In this document: one piece after another, positions 54,184 to 63,600 of the stretch | Layout: the number at the start of each line of letters is the position of its first letter | How positions within the stretch are numbered: the first letter of the stretch is position 1 | Source of the DNA: a virus | Virus record (IMG/VR): IMGVR_UViG_3300045988_149572 | Strand: one strand, 5' to 3' | DNA: 64,000 nt | Notes under the pieces: generated by a model | Seen by the model: only the letters and a program-made list of their open reading frames with translations | Database searches by the model: none | What the model was told of the DNA's origin: nothing | Made by a program: the position numbers and the translations under genes

Positions 54184-54441
54184 ATGAGAGCAGTAATTAA
54201 GACAGCATTAGCGGTGATGGTAGCGTTATGCTCTATCTCCGCCTGCGCCCCGGAGCGGACGCAGAGCCGGGCAGAGAAGGTGTATGTGTGCCACGGCCCC
54301 AAGTCCAAGAGATACCATAAAACTCCCAACTGCAAGGGTCTCTGCCGTTGTTCCACCGACATCAGGCAGATGACAAGGCTGGAGGCGGAGGCAAAGCACT
54401 ACACCCCCTGTAGGATATGCCACAAAAAAAGGGAGGCATAA
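54184..54441 (+). CDS. lipoprotein with C-terminal Cys motif
   Basis: Signal peptide ending in the lipobox ISAC. YHKTPNCKGLCRC...TPCRIC Cys pattern. Confidence 0.55.
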   Translation: MRAVIKTALAVMVALCSISACAPERTQSRAEKVYVCHGPKSKRYHKTPNCKGLCRCSTDIRQMTRLEAEAKHYTPCRICHKKREA

Positions 54442-54487
54442 TCTGTCTCCCTTGTCTCTGTAATACCTATACATACGCCCCCATGGG

Positions 54488-54838
54488 CTAATAACTCTCC
54501 ATCCATTCGGTGTATGCGTCACATCCGCTGAGGCAGTCAGCCACATAGCCGGAGGTGTCCTGCTCGCACAGATACTCCCATACCGCCCTCGCCTCGGTCT
54601 GTCCTTCTCCTCGGTCGTAGGCTGTGGCGAACTCCTGCCACTCAGTAGAGGACTCCACTTTCGCCCACAACAACGGCTCCTCATCCGCAACGGAATCCAT
54701 TAAGCAGAAAAAGGCATTGCCGCACCAGCAGGTTTTGTCGACAACCTCGGTTGAGGCATAGACAGCGTGGGCTCCGAAGCCGCACATAAACATCGCTCCT
54801 GAGAGGAGAGCCGCTGAGATATATTGTCTTGTTGTCAT
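54488..54838 (-). CDS. secreted Cys-rich protein
   Basis: 116 aa with an N-terminal signal-like segment and 8 Cys residues. Confidence 0.5.
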   Translation of the reverse strand: MTTRQYISAALLSGAMFMCGFGAHAVYASTEVVDKTCWCGNAFFCLMDSVADEEPLLWAKVESSTEWQEFATAYDRGEGQTEARAVWEYLCEQDTSGYVADCLSGCDAYTEWMESY

Positions 54839-54852
54839 TGTCGTTGTTGTTT

Positions 54853-55176
54853 TTATTCGGTTGTCACTTTGTTTAGATCAATGTCGGGGGTGGCGGTTCG
54901 CTTCTTTCCGCTGCGTGTGGTGTAGCGTATCTTGCCTGTCTCATCGTCCACCCACTTGACAAGGGTGATCACCCCAGACTCCGCATTGCTCTTGCTCACG
55001 CTGACTTCCTTGCTGTTCACTCCGTCGCTCACCACGATGTAGTATTTGACGTTTCCTTTTTTGGTTTCGCCCTGATGTATGCGGGGCGACTCCATCGTGA
55101 TAGTCTGAGACTCTACCCATTTCGCGCTTGCGGTGGATGCCATCAGCAGTGCCACCGCCAAGAAGATTGCTTTCAT
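54853..55176 (-). CDS. secreted protein
   Basis: 107 aa. Signal peptide MKAIFLAVALLMASTASA. Confidence 0.55.
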   Translation of the reverse strand: MKAIFLAVALLMASTASAKWVESQTITMESPRIHQGETKKGNVKYYIVVSDGVNSKEVSVSKSNAESGVITLVKWVDDETGKIRYTTRSGKKRTATPDIDLNKVTTE

Positions 55177-55208
55177 AATTTGTTGTTTATTGGTTAATAT
55201 TTAAGTTG

Positions 55209-55376
55209 TTAGATGTCGTTCTTTTTACTACCTTTATACTTGACGAACAAGCCGAGTGCCCAGACGGGGAAGGCTGCCGCCGCATATATTGCGGTAAGGT
55301 CTTGCGTGTCGGTCACTGCCGCCATCAAGGTGGCGGAGAATAGTGACAGGGACGCTGATGCTATAAATCGTATCAT
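55209..55376 (-). CDS. small two-TM protein (55 aa)
   Basis: Not in the track because it is under 60 aa. MIRFIASASLSLFSATLMAAV...FPVWALGLFVKYK. First gene after the promoter-like box. Confidence 0.35.
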   Translation of the reverse strand: MIRFIASASLSLFSATLMAAVTDTQDLTAIYAAAAFPVWALGLFVKYKGSKKNDI

Positions 55377-55404
55377 AGTTCTTTGATTTTTTTGAATTAC
55401 GCCC

Positions 55405-55412
55405 CAAAGGTA
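55405..55412 (-). promoter_or_regulatory. -7 box TACCTTTG (leftward)
   Basis: CAAAGGTA on the + strand, about 30 nt upstream of ATG 55376. Confidence 0.35.
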
Positions 55413-55509
55413 ATATGTATAACTTTACTAACCAAACAAAAAGTAAAGAAAATGTATTACGTTAACATTGTTTAGTAATTGGTATACACATTACTATATA
55501 TATAATGAG

Positions 55510-55517
55510 TACCTTTG
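55510..55517 (+). promoter_or_regulatory. -7 box TACCTTTG (rightward)
   Basis: TAnnTTTG match 21 nt upstream of ATG 55538. Confidence 0.35.
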
Positions 55518-55537
55518 CGCCATAAACATACAGATAT

Positions 55538-55843
55538 ATGGACAACCTTGACATAATATTAAAGGCGAAAGGACTGACGAAGACGGCATTGGCTGACCGC
55601 CTTGGCATCAGGAAGCAGAACCTTAACGGGCTCCTCAAAAATCCAACGCTCTCCACCATCAGGAGGATAGCGGATGCACTTGACATCAATCCGAGAGAGT
55701 TGTTTGCCGTAGGCGCGGACGAGGTGACGGCACTGATTGAGTGTGACGGAGAGTTGTACGTGGCGCATGATCTGCGTACACTCCGCCAATTGGTCGGAGA
55801 TTTGGAAATCTTGAAATCTGAGAGAGATGAGGCGCAGGGGTAG
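55538..55843 (+). CDS. XRE-family HTH regulator
   Basis: LKAKGLTKTALADRLGIRKQNLNGLL...IRRIADALDINPRELF. Confidence 0.7.
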   Translation: MDNLDIILKAKGLTKTALADRLGIRKQNLNGLLKNPTLSTIRRIADALDINPRELFAVGADEVTALIECDGELYVAHDLRTLRQLVGDLEILKSERDEAQG

Positions 55844-56099
55844 ACCGTTCGGCACGGAGGTGGTCACCCCTCCGGAGGTAAGGAGAATATTCGACGAGTT
55901 GGGTATACAGCTCCTCGCCACACGCAGAGCAAGGCATCTGTCAATAGCCGCACTCTCTGAGTTGGCAAGCGTGTCGAATATGACAGTCAGACGAGGCGAA
56001 CACCCTGCGGACTATCCTCGGTATCTTGGACTCCACTCGCTCGCCAAGATATGCAACGCTCTCGGCTGTGACATCGTCATCGTGCCACGCAGGAGGTGA
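55827..56099 (+). CDS. XRE-like HTH protein
   Basis: RRARHLSIAALSELASVSNMTVRR...LAKICNALGCDIVIV. Overlaps the upstream HTH gene by 17 nt. Confidence 0.55.
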   Translation: MRRRGRPFGTEVVTPPEVRRIFDELGIQLLATRRARHLSIAALSELASVSNMTVRRGEHPADYPRYLGLHSLAKICNALGCDIVIVPRRR

Positions 56100-56174
56100 C
56101 GCATTTTGGTGGGAACAAAAAAAAGAGGCTGCACTATGTGCAACCCCTTTTCGGTGCGTGGTGGTGTGGTCTTG

Positions 56175-56660
56175 CTATCTTGGGATCAAGACCAGAGAGC
56201 AGTCAAGAGCCTCGCATAGGCTTAGTATCGTATTAAGACTTGCGTTAAGGTTGCCACTTTCAATCCGTGCTATATTGGAGCGTGCAACACCGCTCTTCTC
56301 ACTGAGGGCGACTTGTGACATTTCTTTGCTCGTCCTCGCTTGTTTTAGTGCCTTGCATAGGCGCATCCGTGCCTCTGCCTCCGCCTTGCGCTTGCACACC
56401 TTGTGGTAGGTGTCCTCGTTATCAATCACTATCAGTCGGTATACATCATCATCACTCCATCCGTAGTCATCCTCCCACGTAGGGTTGTATCTGGGATCGG
56501 CGAAGTCAGCATAGGCTGACTTGTCCATTTCTATGAGCGTGTATTCGTTTTTTTCCAAATCCTTCTCGTCTACATCATCAACCCACTCTATGTCGTCTAT
56601 TGTGACATATCCATATCTCGGTGTCTGCGTAAGGTAGCATACATCTGTAATTGTTGCCAT
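56175..56660 (-). CDS. protein with acidic N-domain and C-terminal XRE HTH
   Basis: LKQARTSKEMSQVALSEKSGVARSNIARIESG...LSLCEALDCSLVLIP. Confidence 0.65.
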   Translation of the reverse strand: MATITDVCYLTQTPRYGYVTIDDIEWVDDVDEKDLEKNEYTLIEMDKSAYADFADPRYNPTWEDDYGWSDDDVYRLIVIDNEDTYHKVCKRKAEAEARMRLCKALKQARTSKEMSQVALSEKSGVARSNIARIESGNLNASLNTILSLCEALDCSLVLIPR

Positions 56661-56697
56661 TTTCTTATTCGTTTATGATTTTGTTGTTCAGTTGTTT

Positions 56698-56955
56698 TTA
56701 GAAATGTAAATCTTCTTCTGCAATTTCTGCGATACCATTATCGTCGTAGATGTCTGCACGCTTGACAATCATTGGCTGCATATCCATACCATCACATTCC
56801 ACTACACATTCTGTGTTGTCTGTTTGGGCGAGGAGATTGATGATAGTATCTGCATAGTCGCTGCCTGTCTCATCGTTGCCAAACAGAGCTGCGATGTTCT
56901 CACGGATTTCGTCTGCTGCCCATTCTTCTTTCTTGTAGATGCTAAGTATTTTCAT
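56698..56955 (-). CDS. small acidic hypothetical protein
   Basis: 85 aa, strongly acidic, upstream partner of the HTH protein. Confidence 0.5.
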   Translation of the reverse strand: MKILSIYKKEEWAADEIRENIAALFGNDETGSDYADTIINLLAQTDNTECVVECDGMDMQPMIVKRADIYDDNGIAEIAEEDLHF

Positions 56956-57019
56956 AGTTTCTTGTTGCGACTTTAACGACCTGCGCGGGTCGGTTGAGTT
57001 AGTGTTTTGTTTTTATTTC

Positions 57020-57046
57020 TGCTACAAAGATAGTGTCTTTGTAGCA
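57020..57046. promoter_or_regulatory. 10-bp-stem inverted repeat overlapping a leftward -7 box
   Basis: TGCTACAAAG-ATAGTGT-CTTTGTAGCA. Contains CAAAGATA (57025-57032), which is TATCTTTG on the minus strand. Confidence 0.4.
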
Positions 57047-57192
57047 TATATGCAACACTTTATCCAACAAAATGCACAACGTTAACACTTTTTAGCAAAG
57101 ATGGGTAAAAAAGAAGGTACGACAATGTGTGTCACACCTTACTATATAATATATGCACATTTTGCACACTTTGTGCAGATTTGTGCAAAACG

Positions 57193-57711
57193 CTATGTGT
57201 TGCCGAAAAACGGTGTCACCCTCCCTATGCGGTTGTGGCTGTCGGATGCTTTGACAGCGTCAGCCAACGCAGTGTCACGCTTGGCGTAGTAGTAGTCAAG
57301 TCTGTCACTGCCGATGAGCGCAAGCCATCCACACACGATTGCCAACACCATGTAGTCATGGGAGAGCACCTTTATGAGTGCCACTTGTGATGACGAGGTG
57401 TCACCATCCATCTGCATTGCCAATGTGTACACATCCGGTGTATGCGCGATGTCGTCCGTGGTGATGTCGCCACCGATGGGTGTAGCCGTGTAGCCGTGCA
57501 GGTGCTCCGCCAACACCGCAAAGGCAGTGTCGGCAAATCGGATAGTCCTCCGTGCATTTTCGCCCTCGCAGATGTCGTTGTATATGTGCTTGACGTGTGC
57601 CGTTTCTGCGCTCGGCAGGGTGTCGGCAATCACGCTCAAAATGCTCTGTGCATCATACTCCACCTCATTGCGCATAAGCGCAATTGTCACTTGACGTTGT
57701 CCTTTTTTCAT
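57193..57711 (-). CDS. hypothetical protein (possible head-tail joining)
   Basis: 172-aa ORF with a 4-nt overlap with the upstream ORF. Confidence 0.5.
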   Translation of the reverse strand: MKKGQRQVTIALMRNEVEYDAQSILSVIADTLPSAETAHVKHIYNDICEGENARRTIRFADTAFAVLAEHLHGYTATPIGGDITTDDIAHTPDVYTLAMQMDGDTSSSQVALIKVLSHDYMVLAIVCGWLALIGSDRLDYYYAKRDTALADAVKASDSHNRIGRVTPFFGNT

Positions 57712-58175
57712 TTTCTTCCTGTTTTTTCCGTGTATGTAACTCTTTTCCGCGCATTTAAGTCGCTGACAATCGCTTCTGCAAGGGTAGTCCCTTGCTCGGC
57801 GTAAAATTTCGCACTCTCAGGAGCCAAACGCCCAAGATAGTCCGCCAATATGCTTGCAATGATGTATGCCATTGCGTTTGCTCTGATGTTTCTCTCGCCT
57901 TGCGGAGCAAGGTTGTCGGGGAGAGCAAGGGTGATGATGGAGCCGTCATCGCTGGCGGTGACACTATCCACCCACTCTCCACAGATGGTGACGAGTGATG
58001 TCACAGCCGTGTCATACATCGTCGCCAAAAACTGTGCGTCATCGTCAGTGGCAAACACCTTGTCGTAGGTGCTTGCATCATCTGCACCGACACTCCTGCC
58101 ACCGACATAGACGGTCTCGGCAGACACCATCTGCAATGCCTTCAGTCTGCTTAGTTGGATTTCAATTCGTTTCAT
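57708..58175 (-). CDS. hypothetical protein (possible head-tail joining)
   Basis: 155-aa ORF. A similar hydrophobic helix (AMAYIIASILADYLG) appears in its neighbour (HDYMVLAIVCGWLAL). Confidence 0.5.
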   Translation of the reverse strand: MKRIEIQLSRLKALQMVSAETVYVGGRSVGADDASTYDKVFATDDDAQFLATMYDTAVTSLVTICGEWVDSVTASDDGSIITLALPDNLAPQGERNIRANAMAYIIASILADYLGRLAPESAKFYAEQGTTLAEAIVSDLNARKRVTYTEKTGRK

Positions 58176-58178
58176 ATT

Positions 58179-58526
58179 CTATTTCTCGCTTAAAAGTTGG
58201 ATACTCAGGTTGTTAACCAAGTTCATTATGTTGCTTTTCGCGGTCGCCGGCTCTGCTGTCGCTCGTGCATCAAGGGCGAGTTTGAGCAGCCTCACATATA
58301 AGTTGCACAAGTCCCTGTCATCCAGATTAGTAATTGCACGCTCAAAGTTTTGTTTTTGCGACCACACAAGGCTCGCCACAAAGTTGCCGATGTCGCCACC
58401 ATTGGCAAAGGACTCAGCCTTGCGCTGTAGTTTCGCCTCCTCCCTTTTGCTGAGGACAGGAGCTTTGCTTGCGTCGATTGCCGCAAGACGCTCCCTCCAT
58501 GCTCTCTCTCTCCGTTGTTTATCCAT
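58179..58526 (-). CDS. hypothetical protein
   Basis: 115-aa ORF, first of the three-gene leftward unit. Confidence 0.5.
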   Translation of the reverse strand: MDKQRRERAWRERLAAIDASKAPVLSKREEAKLQRKAESFANGGDIGNFVASLVWSQKQNFERAITNLDDRDLCNLYVRLLKLALDARATAEPATAKSNIMNLVNNLSIQLLSEK

Positions 58527-58598
58527 AGTTAATTTTTATTGATTATATCCAAAGGTAAGTGCTTAATTTTGAGATATTAAGATAAAAAATAATTAACT

Positions 58599-59123
58599 AT
58601 GATAGGTAGCATTATAGGAGGAGCGATGAAGCTCGGTGGGAGCATCTTTGGCGGCATCAAGGCGAGCCGAGAGGCGAAAAAACAGCAGAAAATGCTTGAC
58701 GCTCAAAAGGCTGAAAATCAAGCATGGTATAATAGGCGATACAATGAGGACGGCACTCAGCGTGCAGATGCCCAACGTTTGTTGACCAACACGCAAGACT
58801 TGTTGCGCAGACAGACAAAGGCGGCACAGGGAGCCAATGCGGTGACGGGCGCAAGCACGGAGGCTGTGGCGGCGCAAAAGGCGGCGAACAATCAAGCACT
58901 TGCCGAAGCGACAAGCACCATTGCCGCTGCATCTGATGCTCGCAAGGACAATATCGAGCAGCAGTATCAAACCAACAACAACGCTTTGGCGGACAAGCAA
59001 ATGCAAATCAGCCGACAGAAACAAAACGCTATCACGCAGGCAGTGCAGGGCGTGGCAGGTACGGCTGATAGCATAGGCGGCATCAATGACAGATTTGACA
59101 AGGACAACGACAAGACGAAGTGA
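58599..59123 (+). CDS. Gly/Gln/Ala-rich virion-internal-type protein
   Basis: 174 aa. MIGSIIGGAMKLGGSIFGGIKA followed by a Q/A/N-rich helical region, resembling pilot or ejection proteins. Confidence 0.5.
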   Translation: MIGSIIGGAMKLGGSIFGGIKASREAKKQQKMLDAQKAENQAWYNRRYNEDGTQRADAQRLLTNTQDLLRRQTKAAQGANAVTGASTEAVAAQKAANNQALAEATSTIAAASDARKDNIEQQYQTNNNALADKQMQISRQKQNAITQAVQGVAGTADSIGGINDRFDKDNDKTK

Positions 59124-59124
59124 T

Positions 59125-60606
59125 ATGGATAAAAAAAAAGACATCATAGGGGGTAGCGAAGCCCCCGTAATCACCGACAAAAAAGTGACTACGACTCCAC
59201 CGACAACGTCAATTGGCGCGACTACTCCATCGCAGAGCGAGGACGGGTACAACGAGAATCCGCAGACACCGCCGCAGACGATGCCTGCTCAACCGCAACC
59301 TACTCAGGTTGCTCCGACCGCTCCATCACTCGCTGCCCAGCCGCAAGGAGAGGAGTATAATGATAGACCGCAAGCACCACCTACTACGCCTGCCCCGGCT
59401 GTCACGACAACGGCTCCGCAGTACGATGACACCGACAGGCGCAACCAAGCAAACTTGGCAGCACAGACGACCACAGCTCCGGCTGCCAATGAAAATATGA
59501 TATTGCAGTTTGACGAGACTGGCAAGCCTACCCTTGTCAAAACGGATGTTGCAACGCCGAAAATAACCCCAAAAACGACCGATACGGCTCCTTCGACCGA
59601 TGCTACACCATCAACGGAAGGTGAGGAGTTCCGCTCTTATAGAGATATCCTCGCCAAGTACGCACCTCTAACGAGTGACGAGGAGAAAAAGAAGCAGATG
59701 CGGCGCGAGAAGCGGAATGCCATCATCGGTGCTCTCGGTGATGGATTGTCGGCGTTGTCCAACCTCTACTTTACCACCAAGGGAGCCCCCGACCAAGGCC
59801 TTAAGCCAGGGTTGACCGAGTCCGCAAAAAAGCGGATGGATGATCTACGTGCGCAATGGCAGAAGGAGAAGGACAAATATCAAGACCTTATGCTAAAAGG
59901 TCTTGAGATGGATAGAGAGCAGGGCAATTGGCTGAAATCATACGAGTTGCAGAAAAATGAGGAGGAGCGCAAGCAGAAGACGTTTGAGCAAGAATTGCCG
60001 TTGCTCGAGAAAAAGGTGCAAGCCGCTGAAGAAGAGTTGAAAAAACTTATCCGCGAGAACAACATTGGCGATGATACGTGGCAGCAGAGTGTGGAGGTCA
60101 AAAAGCAAGAACTGGCTTGGAAAAAATACGAGCTTGAATTTATGAAATCGCACAAAGGGTACAGCCCTAAAGAGTGGGAGGAACACTTGGCTACCGAGCG
60201 TTACCGCAGCCGCACGTTGTCAAACAAGGGCGGCAAAAGCGGCAAGAGCGGCAAAGAAAAAAGTGGCGGTAACATCATTATGTCAACACAGAGTGGATAC
60301 GCCTACAATCCTACGGATGCACAGGTAAGACAAGCATACAGATGGTTGCAGTCCCGGCATTTTGTATCTGGCAATGCAAAAAGCATAAGCGAGATGGTCG
60401 CGGAATTGCAAAATTACTACACTGTATCAGGGGAAAACAGAAATATATACGATGGCGCAAGTATTGAAAAAAGCAGACTTGACGATATTAAAGGAGGACC
60501 CCGTGTGGATGCGATGTTGGGAGGTAAGACGAGAGGAGATGGAAGCACTACGATAGACGCTGCTATTGGTGGCGGTAGTGGCGCTTTGTTGGATGGACTT
60601 TTATAA
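59125..60606 (+). CDS. P/T/Q-rich protein with C-terminal coiled coil
   Basis: 494 aa from ATG 59125. Low-complexity TTPPTT...PQPTQVAPT region, then a K/E-rich coiled coil. Confidence 0.6.
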   Translation: MDKKKDIIGGSEAPVITDKKVTTTPPTTSIGATTPSQSEDGYNENPQTPPQTMPAQPQPTQVAPTAPSLAAQPQGEEYNDRPQAPPTTPAPAVTTTAPQYDDTDRRNQANLAAQTTTAPAANENMILQFDETGKPTLVKTDVATPKITPKTTDTAPSTDATPSTEGEEFRSYRDILAKYAPLTSDEEKKKQMRREKRNAIIGALGDGLSALSNLYFTTKGAPDQGLKPGLTESAKKRMDDLRAQWQKEKDKYQDLMLKGLEMDREQGNWLKSYELQKNEEERKQKTFEQELPLLEKKVQAAEEELKKLIRENNIGDDTWQQSVEVKKQELAWKKYELEFMKSHKGYSPKEWEEHLATERYRSRTLSNKGGKSGKSGKEKSGGNIIMSTQSGYAYNPTDAQVRQAYRWLQSRHFVSGNAKSISEMVAELQNYYTVSGENRNIYDGASIEKSRLDDIKGGPRVDAMLGGKTRGDGSTTIDAAIGGGSGALLDGLL

Positions 60607-60618
60607 AATCATTTTAAA

Positions 60619-63600
60619 ATGGCTGATTTAAACAAAATATACAACGCACTGCGAGAAAAAGGTGTAGTGACAAAAAGTTACGAAGAATTTGCCAATGCAA
60701 TGGCAGATGGCAATAAGCGTAAAAATGTGTACAATGCGCTTGCACAGCAAGGCTTGATTACAAAAAGCTACAAACAATTCAGTGATGCCGTAGCACCATC
60801 TCATGCTCCACAGACCACGCAAAGCACAAGCACTGCTCCACGAAACAACGACTGGGTGAAACAAGGACTTAGTGTGCTTAAAGGTGTACCAAGTATGCCG
60901 ACTCCTAACATACCGTCATATAGACCGACACCCCTAAAGCCGTCCGAACAGAATTTTGACGAGATTATAGCAAACGGATTCGTTTATAAAGACGACAATA
61001 CATACAATTCTGTTGTTTCTGGTCTTGACGAGCGCATAAAACAAGCTCAACAGCAATACGATGCGTTGCTTAAACAGCATTCCCAAAACGTAAAAAAAGG
61101 AAGAAAGGAAGCGTCTTTTTGGGAGAGGCTTGGTGCTATGCCTGATGTTGACGATGTGCCGACAAAGACATCGGACGATGTGCTGACACCTGAGAGCGAC
61201 CAGCTGAGAGCAGCTCGTGAGACATTGCACCGCTTGCAAAACACAAGAGTACAGCTCGAAAGAGGACGAGAGTCCAAGACACAAGGAGAGGAGTTGGACA
61301 AACGGAAAAAGAATGGATCAGGCTTGCTTGAGCGGGCTGCATACAAGACCGCTATCAGTCTTGAGAACTTCGGGAAAGGCTTTATGGATGCCTTGCGTGG
61401 AAGTGATATGTGGGCAACAAACGATGCCGCAAACGACTTGATGGCGGTTAAAAACATTGTGCATAAGGTTGATAAATGGAATGCGCTTACAGATAAAGAG
61501 AAAAGCGCAATGACAAGTGACGACCTGTTGAAGGTTAAACCGACTGACGAGGAACTCGAAATATTGAACAACTATGCGCTTGCCTACAACGTGAATGCAC
61601 AAGCGCAAGACCCCATAAGTAGCAACTGGTCATATAAGGCAGGAGGAGTGTCGGCAAACAGCGCGTTGTTCGGAATAGAAATGGCAGCATCTGGAGGTAT
61701 GAATGTGTCAAGTTCAGCCGGGCGAGCCATAGAAAAAGGCGCATTGAAACTATCACAGAAGGCGGTGAAGAATGGGTTAGAGAAGTTGGTCGGCAAAACT
61801 TTTGAGAAATCGTTGGCAAGGAAAATAGCAGGTGGTGTAGGTCAACTTCCGGTGCAATTCGGAATGGGAGCGTTGGAGTCAACGGTTTTGCAGAACGGAC
61901 TCACAGAGCGCAAGGCGCAAGAATACGAGATAGGCACTCCGTTGATGTCTATGGATGAGAATGGAGCGCTGAGATACTCAGGATCATTAGGTAAATTGGA
62001 CGCCAAAGGCGCCCATAACAGAGCGTTGGTTGAGCAAACGATTGAGAACCAAACGGAGATGCTCGGCGGGCAGATTGGAGAGGTGCTTGGTGGATTGACG
62101 AAGGTTGGTGTTAAAGTTCTAAACAAAATGAAGTTAGGCGAAAACATAACCAAACTGATGACCGATGTATCATCAAACCAATTCAACCGAATAATGAATA
62201 ATGCGTTGAACACGGCTGGATACAACGGATTTTTGGGGGAGTATCTTGAAGAACACGCAGGAGATGTTGAGCAAGCCTTGTTCTTGGGTACAATGACATT
62301 TGACACAGACCCAGAAACAGGTATCTACAATAAAGAGCATATCCTTGAAACCATGAGTGGACTTGCGCCAATGATGGGCGGACACATGGTTATGGAAGGA
62401 ACCTCATACGGAGCGTCAAGAGCAAGAATGGCGATGATGTTAAGTATGGCGGAACGTAAAGGCAGCAAACTTTTTGGAGACGAGAGATGGGCGCAAGTAA
62501 AGCAGTCTCTTGGCGGACTTGATAACCAACAATTTGCGGATAAGTTGTCGTCTATGCTTCAGGACAAGACATTGAGCGACAAGCAAAAGAAAGCGGTATA
62601 TAATTACGCATTCTACGAAAAAGCACGGCAGGGATTCGAATTAATGTCTTTGAAGCAAGATATGGAAGGAGCTGTTTCTCTTATTGACAAAAATTCAAGA
62701 ACCAACTTTGTCATAGGATATAAGAAAGGCGGACAAGCAGCCGGTGAATTGTTGACAAACTTACAGAAGGCGCAACGCAATTTACGGGTAAGGCTTGGTG
62801 ATTATGGATATAGACAATTGTTTGAAGAAAACGGTGATGATTTCAACAAGGCTTATAACAGCGGAATGTTGGATACAGACCAGAAGAAACAAGCGTATTT
62901 GGATTATGTCAACGCTTTGAGTTGCTATCAAGGAGCGTTGCAACGACTCCACAATGACAAAAAATCCGAACTTGTTAACGCAAAAACCGATGTTGACAAC
63001 ATTATGGATGAGCAAGGAAATATTGTCAGTGCTACTACAACCGATGGTAAAAAAGTCAATATTGTTAATGGTAATGTTGTTCTTAATGAGGATGGCTCTG
63101 TTAACGTAGAGAAGTCCGGTTCTCTCGTTGTTGTTGATTCCGACGGGAAACGGAAGATGATTTCGGCAAGCGAGGTTGCAAGCGTAGATAGTGTCACAAA
63201 GGCTTCGGATGTGCTTGCGCAGAAGAACAAAGAGATAGTAGACAAATATGCGACTGAAGAGATGTCGCAAAAGATTCAAGTCGGTGCGCAATTGCCAATC
63301 TTGACACCCAACGGTTCTGTAATAGCTACCATTGTAAGTGTTAATGAGGATGGTTCTGTTTCATTCAAAATGGGCGATTCTGAGAATATAATAACGACAG
63401 ATGCTTATAATCTGTATGTGATGAATCTAAACGCCGAGGTTAGCAGTGCCTTGCGCGAAGATGATGATGCAGAGCAAAGCACTGAGAGCGTACCGGAGGT
63501 CGCCACAGAGGGAGAGCGTCCATTGACAGATGTTCCGTCACCCGCGGAGGAGAGCAGAGAGTATGCGCAAGGAGACGTGTTTGATGTCGTGGTGGACGGC

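Noticed and set aside
57101-57289. 62-aa + strand ORF in the 56956-57192 spacer
   Set aside because: It overlaps the 3' end of the minus-strand gene 57193-57711 and runs through repeat- and operator-like DNA. It has no coding-like composition.
58593-59252. 219-aa minus-strand ORF
   Set aside because: It is antisense to two co-oriented + strand genes (58599-59123 and 59125-60606) that continue into the giant ORF. The sequence is low-complexity Leu/Ser/Cys-rich.
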